64,000 nucleotides of DNA, taken from positions 80,600,001-80,664,000 of the forward strand of contig NC_043006.1 in the NCBI RefSeq assembly GCF_006345805.1. Reading direction: 5' to 3'. Every line of letters begins with the position of its first letter. Position 1 is the stretch's first letter. Under the pieces are notes generated by a model, which had not been told where the DNA came from, did not search any database, and worked only from the letters and a program-made list of their open reading frames with translations. Of the stretch, positions 12,411 through 24,699 are shown piece after piece. The DNA is from Octopus sinensis. Lineage: Eukaryota. Position numbers and translations under genes: made by a program.

Positions 12411-13250
12411 TCCAAGGTGGTTAGCTGGCGGAATCTTTAGCACGCTGGACAAAATGTTTACTGGCATTTCGTCTGTCGCTACGTTCTGAGTTCAAATTCC
12501 ACCGAGGTCGACCTTGCCTTTCATCCTTTTGGGGTCGATTAAATAAGTACCAGTTACACACCGGGGTCGATATAATCGACTTAATCCGTCTGTCTGTCCT
12601 TGTTTGTCTCCTCTGTGTTTAGCCCCTTGTGGGTAGTAAAGAAATAGGTATTTCGCCCGTCTTTACGTTCTAAGTTCAAATTCCATCGAGGTCGACGTTG
12701 CCGTTCATCTTTTGGGGCCGATAAAATAAGTACCACTTGAGCACTGGGGTCGATCTAATTAGCCTCCTAGCCATTCTGTTAGTAGATGTCCTTCATAAAT
12801 GAAATGTGATATTATTAGTGTAAAATGTTGGCATATGGCCGGCAATTCCGAGAGGGAGGGCTAAGTGAATTACATCGACTGGTACTTATTTTATCGACCC
12901 CGAAAAGGAGGAATGGCAAAGTCGACCTCGACTGAACTGGAATTCAGAACGTAAATATGGACGAAATGCTGCTAGGCATTTTGTCTGGCGTGCAAACGAT
13001 TCTGACAACTCGCCGCTTTAAAGAATGAGAGTATACTTTTCAAATTTTGGCGTTAGGCCAGCGATTTCGGAGAGGGGCGAAGTCGGTTGTATTGACGACA
13101 TAACTCATCTGGTACTTATTTTATGAACCCCCAAAAGATTAAAGGCAAAGTCGACTTCAGTGGAATTTGAACTCGGAACCTGAAGACGGACGAAATGCCG
13201 CTAAGCATTTCGCCCGGCGTGCTGACAATTCTTGCGGCTCGCTGCCTTAA
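12411..13250. mobile_element. Cluster of four same-family SINE-like repeats in ++-- orientation in GEN1 intron 1
   Basis: + copies at about 12411-12650 and 12647-12765; - copies at about 12865-13020 and 13085-13250. The shared core is gaggtcgactttgcctttcatcc...ggggtcgataaaataagtaccag. Confidence 0.85.
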
Positions 13251-14381
13251 AGAATGATAATAAATACTTTTAACCTATGTACTATACAACCGCTAGAAAT
13301 TGGAATGACTGTTATAGTATTTTCTCTCCTAGCTTTCAACATTTAATCAAACAAAATTTATAGAATTTAATATAGTCTCCTTGCTTTCGACATTTGATAG
13401 AAGATTCTCGTGAATTTTTGTAGTGGACTTTAGGAATAGCTATCATTCTTATGGGGAAGAGAAAAGGGTACTGAATTTATGTAAGGGGAAAATATGTATT
13501 GGAAATTGGAAGTTTTGGAATATGATACTTGAAACTTTTTACTAATACATCTGTCTTACGACACTTGAGTAATAATAAAATGCTTAGCAGAAATTCCATT
13601 CCCCAACCAATGACTTACTTTTTTTCTGCTCCCTATTAGGTGATAGCCATCTCGAAAATAGGTCATTTTCGTTACGCTGGGGCTAGTAACATTCTAAAAA
13701 TAATACGTTGGGTAGGTTGGAAGCTCTTCTTTTGCTTTCAGCATTTGTTTTTTTGTGACTTTTTTTCTGCGTTGAATGTGTCAAATAGTTTCTCATTATT
13801 GAGCAGTAACTAAATATACTTCCTAATTTACCAGTGTATAATGGTATACATGAAGCATAATATCGATTTCGAAACTGGTTTTATTACGCGATGCAACTAT
13901 AAAACACTCGGAAATCTCTTCTGCTAAATTAAAATCCTGTAGATTTAAATTCGTAAATTTTGAAGTGATAAGATTTGAAAATTCGGTGATTGATATAAAA
14001 ATTTGAAAATCGTATCAGACGACGATTGACAGATGTAGTTTTAGATCCGTTATTCTGAACTAAATTGTGCAATAAATACTAGGGGAAACTGTAGCTAACT
14101 GTATATTTCCCGTTGTTTTACAACAACCACTGGTTGTGGTCTCTTAAGAACGAAGTATCCTACAACACAGATCAAGCATCTTAATTATAGACCATTCATT
14201 GTGTCTCTGACTGACTGTTGAGGAAGGCGCTCTCTCATAAAATACTTGTAAATTCGAGGAATGAAATTATCTCGGTATGGTCGTTTGGTTTGCAAGAAAA
14301 AGTAGCTAAATCACCTTCAGAGAGCACCTTACCAGTAATGATCATAGGACTGATGTGAAGTATGCTCTAGAGAATAGAAGA

Positions 14382-14602
14382 CGGTGAGCTGGCAGAAACG
14401 TTAGCACGCCGGGCGAAATGCTTAACAGTATTTCGTCTGCCGCTACGTTCTAAGTTCAAATTCCGTCGAGGTCGACTTTGCCTTTCATCCTTTCGGGGTC
14501 GATTAAATAAGTACCAGTTACGCACTGGGGTCGATATAATCGACTTAATCTGCTTGTCTGTCCCCTCTGTGTTTAGCCCCTTGTGGGTAGTAAAGAAATA
14601 GG
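14382..14602 (+). mobile_element. SINE-like repeat, same family as the intron 1 cluster
   Basis: ggtgagctggcagaaacgttagcacgccgggcgaaatgc...gtcgactttgcctttcatcctttcggggtcg...gggtagtaaagaaataggta. Confidence 0.8.
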
Positions 14603-15473
14603 TATGCTCTAGGAAATAATATACTTGAAGAAAAAACACAAAATAATACTGGCACGTTTAGTTTACATCCTATGCAAAGAGTATAAATATTTTTCATTTT
14701 TATATCTATTGAAGGCGCGTGGCTAGTGGTTAAAATGTAGATCTTACGATTGTGGTTTCGATTCTCGGACCGAGGGGTGCTTTGTGTTTTTGAATAAAAA
14801 ACTTCTCTTCACGTTTTGCTCCAGTAAACTTATTCTTTTATTTGTTTTAATCATTTAACTGCAGCCATGCAGGAGCACCGCCTTAATCAATATTATAAAC
14901 GAAAAGTAATATGAAATATATAATGCCATGGCGTTTTATGAAACATTAAGTGTAATTTCAGAAGATTTTGTTGCAGAAAAGTATAATTAATAGAATTTAC
15001 TTCATTAATACCACAAAAGAAGTGATTGAGTTGACCCGTCAACAATTCAGTATTGACAGTTATTTAATGATCTGTCATATAGTCGAATCAATTCAGGAAA
15101 TATTTATATTATTACTTCAAAAGTAATATTACGGATGTAATAGTTAAAAAAATTACCGGAAGTGGACCCGAAATTGGAGGTTAGGCGCAAAATGTAAAGA
15201 ATTAAATTTTAGGACAAAAATTTCTTTGACAGATGAAAGCAAATACCCAGTTCCCTTCTCTATAAAATAGTGATGACCATTCTTAAATCCTTCGATCAAC
15301 GATTACATCGTTTGATTTTCATTTATTGTTGATATTACGAACTAAATTAGGGATCTCCCTCCAAAAGTAAAACTCCATATTCAATGTATTTGAATATTGA
15401 ATAATCAATTTACTAACCTGAGTCTCTCAATAATTCTTTCAACACTAATTTGATATATTTTTTTATTAAACAG

Positions 15474-15654
15474 AAATGTTTTCTTGCGTACCATCGAGTT
15501 TCTGATAAACGGCATTGAGCCAATTTTTGTGATTGATGGAAGAATCCCAGAGTTAAAAGATTCAACAGTACACAAACGCAGAAAGATTTCCTATAATCAA
15601 GAATGTATCCCACCAATAAGAAGGGAACGGTCTCGGAGTATTACCTCTCAAAAG
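15474..15654 (+). CDS. GEN1: GEN1 coding exon 2
   Basis: Acceptor aaacag|A; translates to NVFLRTIEFLINGIEPIFVIDGRIPELK...HKRRK...SQK; donor |gtagga. Contains the FVxDG acidic motif. Phase 2 to 0. Confidence 0.92.
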
Positions 15655-17771
15655 GTAGGATTTGTTTGTTTTTTGCTTTTTTTCTAATCTATTTTCGACA
15701 AAATTCCTTCTAAATTTCCTTTCAGATCTTATTTTACTTATGAAACTCAATATCATAAAGGGCATTAAGACGGCGAGCTGGTGAGATGCTTAGCAACATT
15801 TCATCCGTCTTTGCGTTCGGAGTTCAAACTCCGTCGAGGCAGACTTTGCCTTTCATCATGTCGGGGTCGATAAAATAAGTACCAGTTGACTCCTGGAGTC
15901 GATGTAATCGACTTACTTCTTCCCCGAAATCGCTAGCCTTGTGTCAAAATTTGAAATCAGTATTATAATGAACATACGACAGAATTGATTCAAGTTAAAA
16001 TCTGTCCCATGCGAACTTGTGGTCTGCATTCAATGTGAAATCGAATTTGTAAAAATTACTTTTAGTGATTTGAAATTATATTTTGATATCGCAATCTTTA
16101 TAGCAGTATTTAGTTAATTCATTCAATAACTGTTCCTCTCAATTTTTATAGCAGATGAATGCTGAGAGGTTCGCAATTATGTTATGTGCGGTGAAGTTTG
16201 TTCTTACAAGCGAATCACATTTAATAAAACAAATTACACATAAATATAAAGCGTTAACACAATAAGTATCTCTTATTTTAATGTTTTCGTTAGACATTAA
16301 CCCGTTTATACCACCATTCTTTCCATGGGAGTATATTAAATACTAATTATATATACGTACATTATTATACACAAGACAATGATTTTAGGTGCCCACCTTT
16401 AACTGCTTTGAAATGTTATAGATGTGAACAGACTTTATATGATGTGGCTAGGAACAGTATGATTATCGGAGAAATTACCTTGGTGTGTCTTCTGCATGAA
16501 AATTATATGGTTAAATGGAGCTAACTTAATATTGAACATATGACCCTCTAAATTGTTAGTTTCCCTCATACATATAATTACTTTAAATTTAGTTGGTAGT
16601 TTAGTATGTGTCTTAACTAAATATTAAGACTTTATATTCACTTTTGTTAACTGTCATGATATGACTTAAAATATGAGTTATGTAAGTTCAAGACACTGTT
16701 TATTTTATTAAATCGGCTTTAAGATACACTTCGATTCCTGCGCTTCTACTGACAAATTTATTAATGGACATTAGAAATTGAACTAAGAAAACTTTATAAT
16801 TAGTAAAAATTTTGGAATTTTACGGTTTGAATGGCAGTTTTTAACATAATTTCTAGGTAACTAAAAAATTTTAAACTTCGTATACTGGTAGAATGTGTTT
16901 TGGCTTTATTGAGAAAATTCTACAGTTTGTTGTCTTTTTCTTCAATTTCTGCAATTTCAACCAATCACTGACGTCTATTGAGGTAAACAACATTCTGTGC
17001 CGTATGAATATGTCCCTCGTTTAAGAAACAGATTGGGTTTATTTACATTTGTGAAGAAAAAAAGATACCCTTCCCACTAACCCTAACTCTAAAACAGATT
17101 GAAATGCAATAGATCGATACTAGGGTCATAATTATGGGTGACAATTTCATATGACACCGCTAGAAAAAAGTGCCGTTCAAACCAAAAAGATCCAAAATTT
17201 TCTCTTATTTACAAGATTCGGTAATTTAGTGCTTAAACAAGGATGACGTCAACTATTAGTGAAATCGGTCCGTCCCCTCTTGTTATTTTTCTCTTTCTGG
17301 TTCCTTTAAAGCCAACACTTAAGTGCTGAATAGAAACCCTATACACGGAAGCTGTCATTCTAGATATCAAACAGATATAAACACAAATGGAATTTTTCTT
17401 GAATTCTTTAATACGCCCAATACAAATTACAAGAAAGAATTGAATTTCCCAGAACAAGCAGTATTTTGAATTTTAAGCTATTTGTTTCTCCCTTTCTTTT
17501 CTTTTCTTCCTACAGTGCCAAGAATTTAGTTTGTGTATGACATTTCCGACCGAATTTCCCTTACGTCATTGGTAAAACCGACTGTCTTGCGTCATTGTAA
17601 TGTTTATTTATATATTAGGCGTAATATCTCTTCAAGATACTTAAACCCTAAATGTGGGAAGAATATTGCGTTTTGACTGTTAGAAAGTGGTACAAATTAC
17701 ATTAATATACGTCAGTATCATAATGGGTTTTCCGAGGTTGGCTAAACACTCACCTGTCTTTTACTTTTCAG

Positions 17772-17861
17772 TGTCTTACCCTTCTGAAATATCTTGGAGC
17801 AACTTGCTTTACGAGTAATGGTGAAGCTGAGGCGCTATGTGCACAATTAAACGCAGAAGAG
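17772..17861 (+). CDS. GEN1: GEN1 coding exon 3 (XPG-I domain)
   Basis: Acceptor ttttcag|; translates to CLTLLKYLGATCFTSNGEAEALCAQLNAEE; donor |gtaaat. Contains the GEAEA motif. Confidence 0.95.
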
Positions 17862-18174
17862 GTAAATTATAATCGAAAATCATATTGTTTAATTCCTCTC
17901 AATCTAACAAAAAGCTTTCATTGTGGAATGTATAATTAGGAATATCATATTGCGTGCATTTTCGGGGTATATATTATAAAAAGATATTACAAAAATAGGT
18001 CAACTATTCTATCGGACGAAACTCCGAGAAATGAATTCACCAGTCAACCACTGAAGCGAATATGATACAAGTTTCAGTATTTTTAATCGTGAATCTACGT
18101 TTGTGTCAAATTAAGAATTGGTTATAGAATCAGATAAACTCCAAACTAGTTGTAAATATTTTACATTATTTACA

Positions 18175-18290
18175 TTCGACGGATATTTGTCCTCATCTTG
18201 TTTGTTGTTAACACGTTTCGGCTGATACACCCTCCAGACTTCTTCAGGTGTTTTGGGGAAATTTCGAGCCGGGGTTCACATTCTTCGATA
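18175..18290 (-). mobile_element. Penelope-like terminal-repeat fragment
   Basis: The minus strand reads acac-ctgaaga-agtctggagggtgtatcagcc-gaaac-gtgtt, a hammerhead-core layout typical of PLE terminal repeats. Confidence 0.55.
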
Positions 18291-18306
18291 TTATTATTAT
18301 TATTAC

Positions 18307-18337
<31 letters not shown>

Positions 18338-18359
18338 GTTGTAGAATAATAATTATTAT

Positions 18360-18872
18360 AGTAGAAAATGTTTGTCGAACAGCCCACCTTCGAACAGCCC
18401 ACATACAGTTTTCCGTGCGAAAAGCAGGGAGTGCTGACGTCCAACCCCACGACTTTCAATGTCTGCCCCTGTGCTTTGTTGATGGTCATCGCGAAGCTCA
18501 GGCGAATAGGGAATTGAACGCGTTTCATCGGGTAAACACAGTCCGACTGAATCAATGACATGCGGTAAATAAAAACAACATTCCCTGCTCCTTGACTTTT
18601 TTTTGCGCAAACTGCACGTGCATTTTTCTCGCGTACGCGTAATATCGATCGCAACAGCTGATATATTTGCGCGTACAAATGCACGTTCCCACGACTTTAT
18701 CGATCGCATTCTCACCTGGAATCGAGTTTTGTAATTCTTTCAAGACTTATACACGTATACATGCTCTGATACCGTCGGTATTTACATATCAAATTTGAGC
18801 GCAATCGGATGGAGGATGCCCGAGATCCTAGAAGACACACTCAGACAGACAGAACGGATTTTATATAATAGA
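18360..18872 (-). mobile_element. Internally deleted Helitron: 5' terminus joined to the C-terminal part of the PIF1-type helicase
   Basis: Translates to [47 protein letters not shown] (helicase motifs V/VI). The minus strand starts A|TCTATTATATAAAATCCGTTCTGTCTGTC at 18872. I found no 3' CTAG/hairpin. Confidence 0.8.
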
Positions 18873-19114
18873 TATCCGCAGAAGGCAAGAAGTTTGCTTC
18901 CCAACCACGTGGTTCCGGGTTCAGTCCCGCTGCGTGGCACCTTGGGGTTGTCTTCTACTATACCCATGGGCCGGCCAAAACCTTGAGTGGATTTCGTAGA
19001 CGAAAACTGAAAGCCCATTATACACAAATACATACACAATGTGCGATGGTAAATCTTCACTAGTTTATTGTTCAAGTTTTGTGCATAGCATTCGATTTTG
19101 TCGACTACATAGTA

Positions 19115-20275
19115 TAGTAGGGTCGGTTGGGCACCGTTCGTGAGAAAAACAGCAACTTGACGCAATTCACTCTGCCAGAAATTTGGAACGCATGCTGTAC
19201 ACTTTGGCATTCACACCGGAAGCTCCAATTCGAGCATTTCAGCGTGTTTGAGAGGACATGTAGAGTATTTGGAAAGGGTTGGATGAGTCTAATGGTGATT
19301 ACGAGGATATGGCAACTTGGAAAACTCGTTCTGATAAGGAAGAACTGAATTTGTAGGTGAGGTCCAGGCCATAATTGACAACGATCCCTCCAAGTCAATT
19401 AGGTCCATCACCAGGAATATGGGAGTGTCTGAGTTTCTTATCAAGCAGGTAGTGCACGTAGATATTTGGTATTCCTCATACAATATGAGAAAAGGCCAAT
19501 GTTTATCCCAAGCTATCAAAAACAAAATGAAAGACCGCGCTACAAAACTTTTGAACAGACTCGAGCATCCCCTCCAACCGAACATACTTTGATTTTTCGC
19601 AGACGAGAAAAATTTCTACAAGGATCAGATGAACACACAGGACAGCAGTTGGCTTGCCGTGTCCCTATACACATGTACTGAGAGTGATAAAAACCAAACA
19701 CTCAGTCAACATTATGGTGTTTGGTTGATTACTAGTTATGGCGACGGTATATCGCCATTCATCTTCCCACACTGTCTCACACCCAACACAGAGGCCTACA
19801 TCAAGTGCCTGGGGGGGGGGGGTTACTGGCTTGTGCCAAGAGGGTGACTGCTGGAAGACCCTACGTCTGGCAACAGGACTCTTCACTATGCTACACAAGC
19901 AAGAGGACCTAGTCATGGCTGTCAGATAATTCCTGTGACCACATCACCCCTAATATATTGCCACTTAACTCCCCAGACTGCAAGCCCCTTCATTAGGATG
20001 TGTGGGGCGCAGTTGAGTAAGAGATCAACAAAATTCCTTGTAACACCAAAAATGAACTGAAGGCAAGGATTATGGCAGCATTCACCAACTTAAACAAGGA
20101 AATAGTCCAAAAATGTTGCAGAAGTCGTCTGGAGGTCGGCGATTTTATTGAATAAATTTACTCTTTAGTATTTCAAGATATTTTTATGCAATTTTGCTAC
20201 ATATATCTGTAAAAATGAGAGGTGGGTGTTATTTTCATTTTGTGTAATTTAGACGATTTATTCACCGCACCCCGT
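19115..20275 (+). mobile_element. Decayed Tc1/mariner-superfamily transposon, DD37D (maT/Bmmar1-like) type
   Basis: Broken frames give DPSKSIRSI, FSDEKNF-like cgcagacgagaaaaatttc, VWQQDSS (gtctggcaacaggactct) and PPNSPDC (ccacttaactccccagactgc). Termini are approximate. Confidence 0.65.
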
Positions 20276-20328
20276 GTGTGTGTATCTGCGACTACATTAC
20301 CCCTAACTTCTTTTAATTTCATTTTAAG

Positions 20329-20415
20329 GTTGTTGATGCCTGTTTTTCATCAGATAGTGACATTCTCCTCTATGGTGCCCAAAAAGTCTACCGTAACTAT
20401 TCTAAGATAAACAAG
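20329..20415 (+). CDS. GEN1: GEN1 coding exon 4
   Basis: Acceptor ttttaag|; translates to VVDACFSSDSDILLYGAQKVYRNYSKINK; donor |gtaaat. Contains the DSD metal ligands and LYGA. Confidence 0.95.
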
Positions 20416-20767
20416 GTAAATATTTTACCAAATGCCACATACGTTATTATATAAACTGCATAAACTTTAATGTATATTTTCTCTTGGACTTACACAAATT
20501 TTCAGGTTTGATATATTGTTTTTTTTATAGTATGATCTTTCTCCGTTCATGGAGAAAATATTTCATTGGCTCTTCATTTGTTTCCGGAAAATATAATTTC
20601 GATTGTCCATTATATACACATTGTCGTGATTGATCGCCGAAATAGCTGTGGATAATTATGATGCAGCACTACAGTTTTACCAGCCACCTTTGTGTGAACT
20701 GTCTGGAAACCCGAATGCTATCACAAAATTTGAATCATTAACCAACAATGAACTGTATTATTTTACC

Positions 20768-20804
<37 letters not shown>

Positions 20805-21719
20805 TGTGTGTTTTGCTTGTTAACACGTGACAAATTTATTGGTGCATAAAAGCTAAAATAGTTTTTGAAATGTTTTCTATTTTATATATTCTGCGAACGT
20901 ATTTAATGCAAAATGTTTAACACAATTGTTATCCTTTGAAAATTGGTTTTAGATATTGTTTAGATGTAGTACAGAATATTTGTATCGATTTTAGCCAACA
21001 CTGTTATAAACAGACCAGATTTTCTCCTGAGCTATTTCGTCCTCTTAATTTTGGAGAAAATTAGATTGAAGTGAGAAAGCGAAATCTGATCTAAGAATCG
21101 ATTAAAAATATATTTTCTAATCCTTGATTAATGTTTTGAAACACTTGTCAGAGTGGATCTTGTACTGTCGATGAGAAGTATAGCGAAGCTGTATTTTTTT
21201 TCATACAAAGCACTTTATAGACTGAATTTATTACCTAATGAAAAGCTTGAGTACTATCTTAGTGCTCTTATCCAATTTGAGCCATGTGATATTACTTAAT
21301 TTTGGCTAATTTTGTTTCAGATACAAATGTAATAACTGATATCGTCTCGTTTATTCCTTAACTTTTGAAAATATTTCGAATGTTTGCGTTCATTTCAGAA
21401 GCTTTAAATTTAAGAAGTAGGAAACTCTTGAACAAATGTAATCTTTATTTGAAAAATGTTACCTCGCTTAAGACAAAGGGGATGAAAAATTGAACTTCAT
21501 GGAAATTAGCTACTTCAACTCAGAGTTAGGTCTGTGATGCTAAAATCATGAGGTAACTGTTAGTTACGATATTGGTGCTACTATATTTAGTTTTAAAAAT
21601 TATTTTGATAATTCTAATGAATATAATGAAATTATTGCTAGTTCTCGTATAAGTTTAAGTTAGAGAGGTGGGGTGGAAAATGATGAATTTGAGGCAGTTT
21701 ATATATATATATATATGGT

Positions 21720-22620
21720 GTTCGAGCTAATTCTGAAAGTTTCCATAGTAAATTTACTCAAGAGTAGCTACTCTCAGCTTCCACGACGGCTCTGGGACCT
21801 GGCCCATAAGTTTCTCACACTTCCTGGGAAGTTCTTCAAACACCTCTTTGCTCGTGGCCATCAGTATTGCCTTGGTGTTGCTGGCAGAGTGACTAGTATC
21901 ATTCCCAACTGCACTCCACGATCGGGGGAATTAGGAGGTCAGAAATCGCTCCTAAGTGAAGTAGAAATTTTTCGACAATCACTTCTCACTTTTTCGCAGA
22001 TATAGCAAGGAGACGAATCCTGCTGCTATGCATATGACCTTCCAGCCGTAACCCACCCCAACCAACCAGGGTTTGACCACAGCATCGAGCTGCTTTGCAT
22101 TGTCATCTAAATTGAGGCTCTATTCAAAGATGTCTGCGCGGTATGAACTCACCGTCACTGGAGAGACCTCCAAAGACCATCAGAGTGTGGTGAACTCGGT
22201 TTTCATGGTACGTAGGACGTTACATCGGTTATAGAGACAGTCGTCAAGCGGTTCATTTTGGCCTCGGCTCTCAGAATGTGTCCCCTGCAGTTCTTGTTAG
22301 TGGTAGCCTGCTTTATATCGGCGATCCTTACATCTCTCACACAAAAGCCCGGACGCCATTACCATAGATGTTCCATCAACCTTGTCCATGAGTTGTTTAA
22401 TGAAAACGGGCATGCAAACGTAGTCAGAACGCCTACTGTGTCCTTTCTTGCTGGCCACGGCTTCGTAGTCCCCGTCGAGACAGTCTATCGCGACTTGCAT
22501 CCTTTAAAAGGTTCACAGAGCATTGAGCAGCTCTCATAATGTCGGCATGTTAATACCTGGCGCGAATCATTATGATGCAGATAACTCTTTTCCAACGTTC
22601 AGATGGCTTCTAGTCCGTCA
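21720..22620 (-). mobile_element. Second decayed DD37D-type transposase remnant
   Basis: Minus-strand fragments TMKTEF, VVKPW, QQDSSP and PPNSPD. Confidence 0.55.
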
Positions 22621-24090
22621 TATGAGCTAACGTTTTCTCAATTACAACTAATTTTTATGCTCTTCAAGGTCACTGACTTTTCACCAGTGCATCAAACTGT
22701 TCCTAACACTATGTAAACCATAATTTCTAACGACAATCCTTTTCTAGATTTCTGATTTTAAAAGAAATATTTCTATTATCTTAAAATCTTTACAATTATG
22801 TAATGGGTGAAATATTTTTCCAGAAGTATTTGAAAAGAAGTGAAGTGCAATAAAGATATTTGCATACAAATATCTTTATATACAAGGTATTAGTCAATTT
22901 ATATAAAAATTGATGAAATATTTGTATATTTGAGAAAACTAGTTACGCGATTGAAAGGAACTTATTTTCCAATACAGAAGATCATGCACTGTTCTCGGTA
23001 ACAAGTTTCTTACAGTATATCTACATTTTAATGGTGACTAAATTAAAGAAAGAAAGCTATATTATTTGTAAAACGCCTCCAAATTGACAGATAATGGTAT
23101 AGTTTTATTGCTTTAGGATTGAATATGATCCAAATAGTCCATCGGAAAATTTCCTATTCACTATTTGTGCAGTAGATTTCAAATTAGTTTTAGTTGAACA
23201 ACACCTTCGAGCCATTACAGTATGTTGTAATCTTCATTGATACAATCTTGCATTTTCTAGTTTTTTTTTGTATGAGTGTGATGTTAAGCGCAATTAAAAA
23301 TGTAATGTGTAAAATAATTCTCCAAAGGCAGTTGAAAAGATGTGAAGCGCTAATAAAGATATTTGCAAACGCCGTGTCTTTATATACAATGTATTAGGAT
23401 GGCAAAAGATGAATCTACAGATAATTTTAGCCATGTTTTATTTCTTTCGAGTGAGGATTCGAACTAGTTTAACAGATCCTTCACTTGCTTTTGCTCATAA
23501 ATGTAATGCATATAAACACGAGGTACCTGCATCTGCCTATTCACATGGTGTAGGTTAGAATCTAGGTATATTCTTTAATTCAGTATAACCTTGAAATAGT
23601 CAACGCATGAAATAATTCATCAATCGAACTAGCTTCCAAGTATGAGAATGCACTAAATGCACTAAAGAACTATTCGATTCTATTCATAGTTTAGTTAGTT
23701 AGTTAGTTAATTTTTGGCTCAAAAATCAAAAAGCAAGGCCACGTAGGGGGACATGGAGTTATGTACAGGGTGGTGTTCATGTAAAGAGTTCAGGCCTACC
23801 GTATACACTTTACGACAGTACTCAGTCACTGAAATCCTAACACCTGATTGACTGTACTCCAGCTGATACAAAGATATTGCCTACTATTCTATAAAATATT
23901 GTAGACAGTCACACTATCTATATGTGCATAGTGTTGGCTAAATCTGTTGGGATAATCCGTAGTACGATATAGCATTCAAACAATGTTAAAGTGCTAGTAA
24001 AAAATACATTGATGTAAAATATGAATATATATTTTTTAGTATGTTTCCACCATTAAGCAATATGTAATGTAATAATACATTTGTTTTCAG

Positions 24091-24281
24091 CAATGTCTGT
24101 TAGAATCGATCAGTGCTAAAGATGTCTTTAACAAGTTCGGATTAGAGCAACGATCTTTGATTTGTTTGGCTTTGCTGATTGGATGTGACTATGACAGCCA
24201 AGGAGTGAAAGGAATCGGTTCAAAATATGCTTTGATGTTACTGGAGGAACTAAAACTGAAAAACGTCGATGCTTTGGAAAG
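24091..24281 (+). CDS. GEN1: GEN1 coding exon 5 (H2TH/H3TH motif)
   Basis: Acceptor ttttcag|; translates to QCLLESISAKDVFNKFGLEQRSLICLALLIGCDYDSQGVKGIGSKYALMLLEELKLKNVDALE(R); donor |gtatag. Confidence 0.95.
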
Positions 24282-24699
24282 GTATAGTCCTGATATTTAC
24301 CGGATTTCCTTTCTTATATTAACTGAAATACAATTTTAAAAATAATTTTAGGGGTTTTAGTTGGAGTGAACAAAAGTGAAAATGTTTTCTGAGGTCTTGA
24401 AAATGTGGGTTCGGTTTGTGATCAGATTCGACAGTGTGTGTCAAATATATGTTTTAGAAAAGTCTTTTGTGTTGTAAAACAAAAGTATGTATTAAATACT
24501 GTAGTAAAATTACAAGTGCTTTCATGCGACATCTTGTGACAATAGCTGGAATTCATAAACCATAAAAACTTAACGTTCACACATTTCTAAATACTTGGCT
24601 ATGTTCTTCCTATGGAAATCATAAAATCTTGGTGATGAGGATCGGTAAAACTTTAATATCGGAGAGTGGCCTGAAATAGACGGCATAGAAATATCCCTT

